A stretch of DNA of 44,189 nucleotides from Folioceros fuciformis (taxonomy: Eukaryota). A program made the position numbers and the translations under genes. Location of the stretch: assembly GCA_049999805.1 (NCBI GenBank), contig JBNGIO010005967.1:65362-109550 (forward strand). Direction: 5' to 3'. The notes beneath the pieces are model-generated. The model did not search any database, was not told where the DNA came from, and worked only from the letters and a program-made list of their open reading frames with translations. Below are positions 32,581 to 44,189 of this stretch, in pieces. Numbering within the stretch: the stretch's first letter is position 1; each line of letters starts with the position of its first letter.

Positions 32581-35500
32581 GATTGTTTGCGGAAAAGTCA
32601 TTATATTATTTATACAACCAACTAAAGGACGATCGGTTTACGGTTTGGGCCTCTATCGCGCAGCCTATGATGTTTCACTTCACGGGCCGGAGCGATTGGG
32701 CTGACGCCTAATTTCTTCACCACGAACCCCGCGGGCGATGCGCGGGGATGTCTGTATCAGATATCTCAAGAGGTGTCTTAGCTCAGAATTCAGTTTGACG
32801 GGTGTTTCTTTCCATGTCTTTCAGAAACAAAACGGCAGCGATGTGCGAAATTTGGGGACAACACTTCTCTGGGGCAGAATATGTTCCATCCAAATTCACG
32901 ATCCAAGATCCAATGTGGTGGCCAATGTACAATCTAGACTTAAAACAGAGTCCGAGTGCAGGTACAGTGACAGTCATGTGAGCCCACCGCTGGTTCTGCG
33001 TTCAAGTTTCCAAAATTATTAAGGAGCTGGTTTGAATGCCCAACGCAATCCCTTGAACCTCCTCAGCTGGTACCAAGCTCGGGCTCCAATTCACGGTCCG
33101 AAAGTGAAGGCCAGTAAGAACTTCCCGGCCAAGGAACACAACAAGTTGTTCCCTTTACACCACAGCACTGAAGAGCATCAACTTCATCGCGAGTGGGCTA
33201 ACATTGACGTGACTTGTGTGCAGGATAAATCCTGTCCACAAGCTTCATGACAGCACTGTGGGCTGTACACATGCATCCCCACACGCTAACTTCTTCAATC
33301 CTTGATGTCAAGGATGGCTCCCGTACCCAAGAATGTTTTTCACACCCATTCTTTCCCCACGGCCTTTTGAGTGATTTTCGGCTTGCTGGTCTCTGGTCTA
33401 ATTGCCCACCGCAGTGCCTAGCAGTCAAAAAGTTGAGCCGAGGTGAAGGCCAGACCTTTCTGGCCACATCTCCCATTAGAGCATCCCTCAAGACGTTAAC
33501 AAGAAGTTCTTCTATTAACCACAGCACAGTACACCACTTGACATTTCACGCACCACTTGACAATTTCTCCTGTCCCACACCAAAAGCACTGTTTACTGCA
33601 CCACTTCACGAGTGGTGGTGCCTGAGTTAAACTCGGGCTCCATCAAGCTCGTGTGAAGGATTTTAAATCTGCCTCCATCAAGATCATCTGGAGGCGACCA
33701 CACAATCACCTCCTTCCACTGCCCCAACAAAAAGAGCCCTTCACCGCTCCACGAATGACGCTGCAGTTAAACTTTGGGTCCAGCAGTACGATCCTCATGG
33801 TTGAAATGTCGGTTACATCTTCTCCACAAGCACAAGTCTTGATGCAATCTAGGAGAACCCACCTGGAAGCACCCTATTCGTGTTGAATCTCGTTAAGGTG
33901 GCTTTCCCATCACCAATACATGTACAGAACCCCTGTACCTTCTACATCCAGGACATTCTGAAATATGATGACCCGGGAGTCACAACATGCTGCTCAACAT
34001 AACCAACTTTTGTCCCTGCTTGTCACAAAGAGACCGATCCCCACTGCAAACAAAGTTTTTCTCCCGTCCTGTCACAGAGAGACAGGATCTCCTCTGCAAA
34101 ATCAGCATCCCTTCCTTGATTTGAGGCTATTTTGACAATGGAGATGGAGGACACTAAGCTTCGTCCCTAGAAATCCATGATTCTGATGCTGTCCCTCATC
34201 ATGAGGGATGGATGGGCGTGTTTCAGTCCGAGATGTGCTGTAATGAAGCATGTTGTGCATCTATCACAGGTGCGTTGAACTCGTAATTCTGCGCTGCGCT
34301 GGAGATGGTGTTGCCTTTCAATTTCGTGTATCCCTGCGGCAGCGTCTCCAAAGCTGCTGAATTTGGTGCAAAGAGTGACCCGTGAAACTGCACACTCTGT
34401 GCCGTGCTGGATCACCTGTTAACATGTGTGAGACACACAACCCAGGCTGTGCTCCAGCGCAGCGCCGGCGGGAGTGGTGGTGTAGAAACCTTGTGTGTGC
34501 CGAGAAGCCCCAATCCGTCGAAGGCCGCATGACAGCAGGCCCCCACTGAATTCGCCCAGTCTTCCCCCAGTCGAGCATTCTCACGATGCTGTTTGCAAAC
34601 GGATTGCGCTCGAGCAGGGAAGGGTTGGCTGTGCATCCTGCTATGCCTAGAAAGCTGTCGGGTATGGCCCGGAGTTGCTGCAGGAAGGCGTGAGGTCCCA
34701 CTTCTTGCGCCCCCCGGGTCCGTGCGTGGGATTGAATTTCGGCCACGGTAACCTTTCCACAAATTTGCTGCCATGATGAAGGTCTGGGCGGTGCTCAGAT
34801 CTGCAATTGCTTTCGGGCTGAATGTGCTTGCATTATTTCTCATGGCTAACACAGCTTGCCTCATGCTTTACACTGCATTCAGTGATATGCTTCTTGTCCG
34901 GGATGGCCCATGTACCCGACAAACTCTTTCAGACCCACCTCGGCTTGCACAGCCACAAAGTTTGGGCTTAGGTCATGACGGTCACAGCTTGCTGACCACA
35001 TCTCCCATGGTAGCGGTACCTACCATCCCTCCGCAACGTAACAACAACAAGGTTCTTCTCTTAAACCACAGGCAGCCCTGTCCACTCGCTCATCAGCATT
35101 CCCTTCATCACCACCAGGTTCTCGTTGACGTGAATGGTGTGCGTGCGATGTAAAAACTGTCCACAAGCATGATTGCAGCATTGGACGGGAACAAAGTCAT
35201 CCCCGCAACCAGTACTTCCATCAGTGGCTGATGACCAGGTGTCTGCCGCCTTGTCACAGAGAGAACGGATCTCCATCCCAAATTGAAATTTCTTTCGGTT
35301 GACACAAAAAGTCAGCATCGCCAGGACAAAATAGGCTTTCCCTCCATGGACACTGCCGAGGCTGCCAGAAAGCTGGTGCTGGAGTGTGTTACCAACAGCT
35401 GGCCGTTCTCCTGATACCGCAGCGATGGGGCTCCATGGAGGCCAACGACCTCATTATTTTCATTGTCCTGTTGGCAAAGTCTTATTTTATGTTTCAAGTC

Positions 35501-36488
35501 GTCGATGCCATCCCTCCTTGGACTACGTGGAACGCAAAATTGGAACTTTGCCAAGAAAGATGAACAGTGTACTCCGTCACTTGATCCATGAGGCCCAAAT
35601 TGCCTCCATGGAGGGTGTGGATTGCATCCAAGGAGAGGCCTTGGGATTGCTAGCAACCATCAAGGTACCTGAGTCGGCCTTCGAGCTCGCACTGGTGTTT
35701 CCTGGCCTTCCATTTATTTCCCTTCCATTCTCCTCGACTCTAATCCTCGTCGCGTGTGGCAGACAAGGCTCAGCAGGCTTTGAAGCAGAAGCGGAAGCAC
35801 AAATCAATTGCAATGCTCTTCCTTAGCGTACCAGTTTACTTGCCACGGGTTGACAATGACATCCAATGGCCGTACTAAACTGCAATGCTGGATACAACCC
35901 GGGAATTTGCCGAGCCTTTTTAACGTACCACATGGTGCCAGGGACCCAATGCCAAGGACATCACTTCTTGTTGGTAGGCCTCTTTCTCTGCTGCGACTGT
36001 GGCAGCTTCCGCTTTTGCTGCTTCTGCACTTCGAGATCTGCTGCCCCCCAGGTCGCTCCATTGCTCTTGCTTTGCATCAGTGCAGCTCCCTGCTCTTGCT
36101 CTTCCTGTTGTGCCTCCTGAACCTGTGGGCCTCGGCAGTCATTGCTGCCCATTGCAGTGACTGCTCGGCCACTTGGTTTCTCTCACTGTTCCGTTTTCTT
36201 GAATTCGCTTGGGTAAAAAGTTGTGGGTTGCTTGTTCGTGCTCCTCCTTGTCGGAAGGCAGTCTTCCCAGCTCTCGTGCAAACTCTACGCTTCCAGATCT
36301 ACGGGGGTTGGCGTTTTCTGTACCTGCCAGTACTTCCTCGTTTCTTGTCTTGCTGGCGGTTTTCTCCTGGGTAGGTAGGGAAGGGAAGACTTTCATCTGG
36401 TAAGGAGAAGGCAGGAGATCTGTGCGAGGTTGGGTCCAGATTGCACTGCCATTCCTAGAGCCAGCGTCAGTGTGCTTGTACGGTGCTC

Positions 36489-37757
36489 ATGGATTTCTCC
36501 TCTTCCTCTCCTTCCTCCTCCTCCTCCTCCCCCTCATGTCATCGCCAGCCCTTGCTTGACAATCAACAGCAGGCTGGCCAGGACTGGACAATGCAGGGGC
36601 CTGCTGCCAGCAACCCCATCGAGATAGCCGATGGGCCGGACCTAGACTTGCGGCTGTGGGACGCAACACGATTGACTGGTGCGTGCGTTTCTCAGCCTAT
36701 TGATGTGCGTTTTGTTCAGGCCGGTGGTGATAGGGGCTGACCTCGATTGCTTGAGCAGGTTCCAATAAGCAGGGACAGAAAAGATCTCACGAAGCGTTTA
36801 TCGAGGACTGTATGAAGAAAATGCGACTTATCAGAATCGCCGCATGTAAGCGGCTACGTCTCTTTAACTCTCCGTCTGTCACCATTTTTGAAAGTTGCCT
36901 TGGAGTCCTGCAGCCCGGTCATGTTGTTCGTGGCACAAGGGTCCTGCAGTCGTTGGATGATGTACTTGTGCCGAGTTCCCGTTGGAATATTGGGCAGGTT
37001 TCGCCTTGTGGAAACAATGTTCCCACGGTTGATGAGGTATCATCTCACCCGGCTCCACTGAGTCAGAGTCGCCGTATGGAGCATCCGACACTCTCAGTGG
37101 TTGTTCCGCAGGTGGAAGTGGATGCACCGGTGATTGCACGGACATCCGGGAGGGACTCAAATCCCTCTACATTCACCTTACATGTTCAGAGCCCTCGGCT
37201 TGCGGACCACACTCATGAGTATCCTTCTGGACCTGTTCCTTTGTCGTATCCCGGCTGGAGGACCTCATCACAGCTGCTTCGCCCTCACAGTATTCCTACA
37301 ACCTGCATCAATCCACCTGTGGAGTCAGATCGTAGTTGTGAGCCCTCAATGGACAGAATGGCTTTCCGGGTACAGGACCATGCTACTCGGGACATGATTG
37401 CCCGTGGTGAGTTCTCTGTTCGTTGGAGGTTCCATGATGGTTTGTAGTATGGCCACAGCGCTTGGGAGCGTAGTCGTCCAATCTGGGTACCTCACGATGG
37501 CAGCAGAGAAAGAGCTTTATCCAGTCCAAAGACGCACCTCCCTCAGGAAGGTGGTCAAGCTCGTGCGGGCACAGGAGTTGCCCATTGGAATTCGTTCAGC
37601 CAACACCAACGCCATGGATCAGATGTACGCTTCAACATGCTCAAGGAACAGAACGAAAGTTCATGATGATGGCCATTGTGAAAGGCTTGTCCACTAGCTA
37701 CCCGCACAAGAAGGCGCTCATAGTTGCTCCAAAAATAATGGTGGAACCTTGGCAGAA
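36489..37757 (+). pseudogene. Inverted, truncated paralogue of the CLSY-like gene (copy 3); could still encode a 292-aa N-terminal fragment
   Basis: Exon 36489-36678, intron (gtgcgt...gctgacctcgattgcttgagcag, near-identical to the CLSY-like acceptor), exon 36759-37447. MRLIRIAACKRLRLFNSPSVTIFESCLGVLQPG versus VRLARIRECKRLQLFHASSVTSSEVCLGTLQPG. After the TAG, homology continues and jumps to HAQGTERKFMMMAIVKGLSTSYPHKKALIVAPKIMVEPW versus HAPGTGKTFLMIAFVKGLLTSYPTKKVLIVAPKVMVEPW. Confidence 0.85.
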
Positions 37758-37959
37758 CAAACCTAGAATTCTATTGAAGTCCACTTTGGGAACAGATTTT
37801 CCTTATGGGACTACATTGTTACACATATAAAAAGATCCTTATAACACTGGAGTGTTAGTTTTGGGAGAGAATACTATGAAGCCTAGTTAGATGTTTGGCA
37901 TGTCCACCTTTTGAATGTGTTGCATCCTTGTATCCCAGTTTTGTTTCAAGCACACTCCT

Positions 37960-38449
37960 AGAATGATGGCGCCAAGAAAAGAATTCTAAACCTTGGAACA
38001 AAAATGACATATTGTTAGTTCTAGACAAAACTATGCTTCAGCATACACAAGGACAACCCACATCAACAAGTGTATGGAAAGTGTTCGAAGACATGTTGGC
38101 CGCCAAGGATTCTATGTCTTTCATAACTGCAACCAGACTTTTCTATGCTCTTCAAATGAAGGATAGTGATAGCATAGAGAATCATATACACAAGTTTCCT
38201 ACCTTACAAGCCAAACTATCTTCATGTGGAACAAACATACATGAACTGCAAAGCATACAAGCCAAACTATCCTCAAGTGGAACGAACACACCTGAACTGC
38301 AAGGAGCTGTAGTTCTTCAAACTTTGTTGGCCCCCAGCTACACAGTGTTTGTAAGTTTGTACAACTCTATAACAAGACAAGCTGTTCAATCTGCTACAGC
38401 AGGTGGTACACATTCAATTATAAGTACGACAACTACTAGACATAGCTAG
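37960..38449 (+). mobile_element. Ty1/copia gag fragment (degenerate) with internal 51-bp duplication
   Basis: LDKTMLQHTQGQPTSTSVWK...FYALQMKDSDSIENHI...LQAKLSSCGT aligns with the gag at 40115 (LDKTMMHHTSAAPSSKEVWK...FHSLSMKDGEHVEKYV...LRARLASCGT); duplication anchors at 38205 and 38256. Confidence 0.85.
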
Positions 38450-38539
38450 CAACATTCAACACAAAGTTCTCCTCACCTCACATGGACGCGATAGAGAGGC
38501 AGAGGTCCTTACAGGCCATCTTTTGGTCTAAGGAGACCA

Positions 38540-38970
38540 TGTAATACTTAAAATTCTTCCTATGTGCCCATGTTCATAGGAATGGTTATATGTACCCTCT
38601 CCCTCTCCTCTCCTCTCCTCTACAGTGCCAGCTATTAACAGCCCTAGCATTTAGGGCACGTTTGGGTAATTAGATATATTAGATATTAAGATATAAACAG
38701 TCATAACTGCTTTAGTCCTTCCGAGTCTCGTGAACACCAACGGTCGTGCCGGTACACAAGTCCGTGCACAAAAAGCACATTGCTCAATGTAATTTACACG
38801 CATAATTAAATTCCGCTACGTATGAGCATTGACTTGGTGTCAGAGCCTCTCACCTAATCCTTACAGCTTTCATCTATCCTTTTTCACCTAATCTGACAAT
38901 GCTTCCAAGAACATAGTCAGGTTTGATGGAAAAGAGAGAAAGTTGGGGATATGAGATTTGGCTACACTAC
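38540..38970 (+). mobile_element. Copia LTR-like segment, PBS (38835-38846) and decayed gag start
   Basis: tggtgtcagagc is 1 mismatch from the tRNA-iMet PBS; followed by NIVRFDGKE...YEIW-like sequence resembling NIRIDFRDKDRFNGTEYDIW of the downstream gag; boundaries approximate. Confidence 0.5.
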
Positions 38971-39242
38971 AATGATCGGAGATCAGAGACTGTTCTCCAA
39001 GTCTCTGTATGAGTGGGCAGTAATCACAAACAAGACTCCATTTTCAACTATGGAGAGAATTAGATCAATTTCTCAGCGCCTTTATAAGTAGTGGCGATCT
39101 CATGAAGATGCGCCTCTGTTCGAAGGCTCATCATATTGAAATTGACTATATCAGCCCAAGTGGGAGATAATGCCGAATCGATGGCAACGCTCCGTTGAAA
39201 CCTGCGCAAGCAGTGAGGACGCCAAATGTTAAGCATGATTAA

Positions 39243-39604
39243 TGTTGAGATTAATTAGTGCTAATCCAGCTTATTGAGTTTGTACTAATTAGTGGTAAGA
39301 GTGATTAAGGTTATGATTAATATATATATATAGCTTATTAGACTTTGCTATGTTAGGCCAAAAAAGTATTGTAGGGTTTGAGGTCATTTATCCCATATTG
39401 GGCACGAAATGAGAGTGCCACCCATAGGTCCATAAAAGAAGGGATGAACCCACTTAGTATATGTAGTCTAACTCCCTCTTCACTTGTATTGTGTTGTTTT
39501 TGTAATTCTCCTTTTTATTTGAGTTTAAGAGCCTTGTTATAGTGCTCTTAGTTTTGGGATTCTGCATCTTGCTTCAACTAACTAACTAAACCCTAATCTC
39601 AACA
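39243..39604 (+). repeat. 5' LTR of the copia element (362 bp)
   Basis: Starts tgttgagatta and ends taatctcaaca, a perfect 11-bp inverted terminus (TG...CA); TATA-like cataaaa at ~39431; partner LTR would lie outside the window. Confidence 0.65.
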
Positions 39605-42600
39605 CCAAATTGAGTGGCGACATCTCAACACCAAATTGAGTGGTGCACATATTACAATCTCTGTGAAGACTCTCCAAGAACTCCTTGCAGCAAAACATAC
39701 AACTAACCTGCCTGTGGGATCTCCATCCGCACCAAGGTATAACTTAGCCGCGCACTCTGAAGTGCATGGAGGAAAGAATGCTGCACAAATAGAAAATCAA
39801 GCAAGAATTAAAGAAGCTCTCAAATCAATCTTGCCAATTAGAAGCGATCTACATCATCTTGGAGAGAACGGGATTTTTCCTGGTTTACTAATTTGGAAAT
39901 CTTACAACACTTACGTGAATTGAAGACGAGTGTATCTTCCCTAACCCCTGTGAATGAATCTATTCTTTTGGGTAAGGAAGAGGGAAATCCACCTCTCTGA
40001 ACAGATACTTTGGACCCGTACCCACATCATTGGGTACCTCGAGGTCTTGGAACTGCTAGCCTGCCTCTGAAACTACATCAACATATAAAACACAGAGTAG
40101 TTAAACTCGCGAAGATGTCTGGAGGCGGAGGCGGAGGCAGTTCTGGAGGTGAAGGAGGCGTCGGCCCCAACTTTCCTCCTCCTCCTGTTCCTACAGTGGT
40201 GACGAACAACATCACCAATATCAGAATAGATTTTCGAGATAAGGACCGTTTCAATGGCACGGAGTATGACATATGGGCCATGCGTGTTCAAGGTATACTT
40301 GAAGAGCATGAGCTATGGGAAACTATTACTGGAGCTAACCCTGCACCTGCAGCTAATCATCAAGACTATGCAGCGTGGAGTAAGTTAGATAAGAGAGCAA
40401 GAAATTTGATCTTGTCAGCTTTGGACAAGACCATGATGCACCACACGAGTGCAGCACCCTCATCGAAGGAGGTGTGGAAACGGCTCTCTGATCTGGATCA
40501 ATCAACAGATTCAACACATAAAATGTCAATCACAAAACAGTTTCATTCCTTGTCAATGAAAGATGGCGAACATGTAGAGAAGTACGTCCAACATGTCAAA
40601 GCTTTGCGAGCTCGATTAGCCTCATGTGGCACAACGCTGTCAGAGACTGAGGCAGCGGAGGCCTTCTTGGCTAGTTTACCTGCAAGCTACGCAACTTTCT
40701 CTACATCACAATCTGGTTTGTTGGACCAGAGTAAAGCCGCTGTTGCACTAGGCATGGGCAGGGAGCTTACCTTGTCTGATGTTATTGCAAGCCTATTAGC
40801 CAAAGAATTGAAGCGGGAGTCAAATAAGCGCGGGTCTTCTGGCGGGACGGCTCGTGCACTCTTTGCTGAAAAATCAAAGTTCAAGAAGAACTTCAAGAAG
40901 AACTTTAATTCATCACCCAGTAGTTCAACTTCAGGAAAGAAGAAAGGAGCTTGCAATTGGTGTCGGTATCCCGGCCATTACGAACGGGAATATCGTAAGA
41001 AATAGGCCGGTGAGCCTAGACGACCGGCTGTACCTGAGACGAATTTGACTACAGCTTCTAACCCAAAAATGAGACCAACGGTATTAGTGAGCTGTGCCCA
41101 AGATGCAAATTCATCTACAAGTGGGTGGTTCCTAAATAGTGGAGCCACACATCATGTGTGCAAGGACAGGAATCAGTTTATGGACCTGACAATTCTGCCT
41201 AAACCTCAACAACTAACAGTGGGAAATGACAGTGTCTGCCTAATTGTTGGAAATGGCAAGGTTCGATTAATCACAGCTTAAGGGGGAGTTGTGATACTTA
41301 CTCATGTGCTTTATTCACCAAAGATGATGAAGAATCTCATCTCGGTGTCGCAGGTGATGAGCTCACCAGGTCTTCATTTGACCTTCAGCTCAGATGGATG
41401 TCACGTGTTAGATAACAAGCAACGAGCCATTCTTGAAGCACGTCTGCAAGACTCGCTGTATAGTGTATGCTTGAAGTCCACACCTTCTGCTCACGTAACA
41501 GCTAAGGCAGCAAAAGGGCAAGTTTCCACTACCATGCTTTAGCATGCGCGCCTTGGGCACGTGAGTGACTCAAAATTGCAGAAACTTCACTCAGAGGAGG
41601 TTTATAGAAATCCAGTACCTCACCTGGATGAGCTAGGGTTCTGCGAACCATGTGCTCTCGGCAAGATGAAGCAGACTTGCTATGCCAAAGAATCAGCATT
41701 TCGAGCGAAAGAACTGCTGGAACTTGTGCACACTGATCTCTGTGGTCCGGTCTCCAAGGCATCTCACGGAGGCTCATTATATTTCATGTCGTTCGTTGAT
41801 GATAGGTCAAGAATGACCTTCACATATTTCCTGCACGTCAAATCACAGGCATTTGATAGGTTTCAGGAATACATGATATATGCAGAGAGGCAAATTGGCA
41901 TGAAATTGAAACAAATTCGCACGAATGGGGGCGGTGAGCTTACATCTCGTGATTGGAAAGATTTTTGTGCAGCACATGGCATTAAACATCAAGTAAATGT
42001 ACCCTATTCTTCTCAAATGAACGGAGTAGCAGAAAACAAGCATCAGGTCCTCCAATACCATGCATGCACGATGCTCATATGTGCAGGTTTATCCACTGAT
42101 TACTAGGCTGAAGCTGTGGATACTGCAACATATATTCTGAATCGGTTGCCTTCAACAAAACTTGGTGGAAAGACGCCATACGAGGTCTGGACTGGGTATA
42201 AACCTTCCATTTCACATCTGCGCATCTTTGGATCACCTGCCTATTCTTACATTTCAGTCGCCAAGCGTAGAAAAATGGATCCCCGTTCAGAAAAATTGCT
42301 CCTGGTCGGTTATGCTGACGACCTTCGAGCTTATAAGCTGTTCAACCCCACAACACGAAGGGCTTCTTATGCCCGCAGCGTCATTATACATGAAGGCACA
42401 TTGTCCCTAATTCCTCATCACCGCACAGGTGACCCTACTGAGCCAAGGGGAGATGTTCCTAATCAGGTTGATGCCACAGAAACCACCAAAACCATTGACT
42501 TGTGGGACATTCCGGTCTCAACTTTTTCTATACAACCTCATTAGTCAGTACCTCAGTCAAGGACACCTGTGCAAGCAGAAACTTCAACGGAAACTGATGC

Positions 42601-44189
42601 AAGCATGCCAGAGACAGTGGGAGAGACAGTGGGAGCTCAAACTCAACAAACGATAAATAATGAGGTTGATGAGGAGGAAATACTGTCACCTCCTTCGTCG
42701 CCACCCCCTTTAAGAAGAAGTCAAAGAGCACGGCCTGCTCGAGAAGATTGGCTTGTGCCGCCATATTCTCCACCTGACTTTAAAACTAATAGAACCAGTA
42801 GCCAAATACTGATAGAGTTAAATAACTCAAGTGACGATTCTCATGAGGCTATGGTTGCCCAGGTTGACATCCCGCCTCATATGCTACCTGAACCTCAGAC
42901 ATATGCCAAAGCCATGAAGGGACCTGAATCAACCAAGTGGCGTAATGCAGTTCAGGACGAATATGACTCCCTAATTGAGAACAAAACATGGTCACTTGAA
43001 GATCTTCCTCCAAGGAGAAAACCCATAGAGGGTAAGTGGGTATTCAAGAGAAAACTTGGCCCAGATGGCAGTATCGCTAGATACAAGGCAAGATTTGTGG
43101 TGCGTGGATTCAAGCAGATTGCGGGGGTTGACTATATTGAGTCAGAGTTATTCGCACCTGTTGTCCGAAACCAATCTATAAGATTCATGATTGCACTTAT
43201 GGCTGAGCTCAATATGTTTTTAGAACATCTTGATGTGTGCACAGCCTTCTTGAATGGCGACCTGAAGGAAACAATGTATATTCGTCAACCTGAAGGGTTC
43301 AGGGACCCAGATTTTCCGGAGAAGGTCTGTCGGCTGTTGAAGACACTTTATGGTCTGAAGCAATCCCCGAAGGCTTGGTTTGAAAAAATAGATGAGTTTC
43401 TATTGTCTATTGGTTTCAAGCACAGCCACAGCGACCCAAACCTATATGTCTTGCAAAATAGTAAAGGTCTGGTGCTACTTGCCTTATACGTGGACGATCT
43501 GGTTATCGCAGCTACAACAAAATCCCTTATGGATATGGTTAAAACATCCTTGACTGAGAGGTTTAAGATGAACCTTCTGGGTGAGTTAACATTCTGCCTA
43601 GGTGTTCAGGTGGACAGAAATCGGCAGTCTGGCACCATCACCCTGCACCAAACGAAGTATGTTAGTGAGATTATTCAAAGGTTCAATCTATCTGATGCTA
43701 AACCCTTGAGCACTCCTCTCCACATCAGCATAAAGGTGTCAAAGCAAGATGAACCAGAAAGTGAGTCAGAAAAATCTGAAATGCAAAATGTCCCATATAA
43801 GTGGGCAGTGGGGTGTTTGATATATTTAAATATTTGGACTTGCCCTGACATATCCAAGGCCACGCAAGAGGTGGCTAAGTATTCACAAAATCTAGGTAGA
43901 AATCACTGGAATGCTGTTAAGTGGATTTTTCGATACTTGCTACATACCAGAAGTCTTGGCCTGACGTACAAGGGAAATGGAGTGGGCAAGTTGGACCTTG
44001 TTGGCTGGTCTAATGCTGATTGGGAGGCCGACCTGGATCAAAAAAGAAGCTTTGCTGCATATGTGTTTACGATAAATGGGACAGCGATTACCGGGACCTG
44101 CAAGTTGCTTCCAACGATATGTTTATCATCAACTGAGTCAGAATACGGGGCCCTTTCTCGTGCTGGAAAAGAGGTCATTTCTGCCCGCA
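39243..44189 (+). mobile_element. Ty1/copia LTR retrotransposon, inactivated; 3' end outside window
   Basis: One frame from ATG 40115: gag, zinc knuckle CNWCRYPGHYEREY, protease WFLNSGATHH, GAG-pre-integrase L*HARLGH...CEPC, integrase VHTDLCGP...QMNGVAE, RT (KWVFKRK, YKARFV, LYGLKQSP, LYVDD at 43487), RNase H (GWSNADW, LSSTESEY). Copia domain order; 5 in-frame stops. Confidence 0.97.

Noticed and set aside
33000-35560. Faint resemblance to a Mutator-like transposase or ubiquitin-like domains
   Set aside because: Motif matches need several frameshifts and the two interpretations conflict; unsupported without profile searches.
27700-36800. Inverted CLSY-like copies as a long hairpin-RNA source
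   Set aside because: The copies face away from each other, lie ~8 kb apart and look too diverged for extended duplex formation.

Overview
Eukaryotic, gene-dense land-plant nuclear DNA with short GT-AG introns. A non-seed plant such as a hornwort is inferred from the PGxSWW-type PPR editing factor and ~75-220 nt introns. Left to right: (1) a 5'-incomplete PLS-class PPR gene ending just after a PGQSWW box, with no DYW deaminase; (2) ~5 kb of TE debris (MITE-like element, LINE zf-RVT remnant, LTR/PBS remnant, tandem repeats, two N gaps); (3) an intronless, homeodomain-less SAWADEE-domain gene; (4) a large GIL1/IRKI-like gene; (5) plastid DapB, a GPI-anchored LTP and plastid enoyl-ACP reductase; (6) an apparently intact 4-exon CLASSY/DRD1-family SNF2 remodeller lacking an N-terminal SAWADEE domain; (7) two diverged partial paralogues of it, one same-strand and one inverted with the first intron conserved; (8) nested Ty1/copia fragments and a near-complete copia element disabled by transition-type changes without frameshifts. 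The most interesting signal is a possible split or locally expanded RNA-directed DNA methylation module: a stand-alone SAWADEE reader near a SAWADEE-less CLSY-like ATPase and its N-terminal-only paralogues. All family calls come from motifs recognised by eye; no database searches were run.
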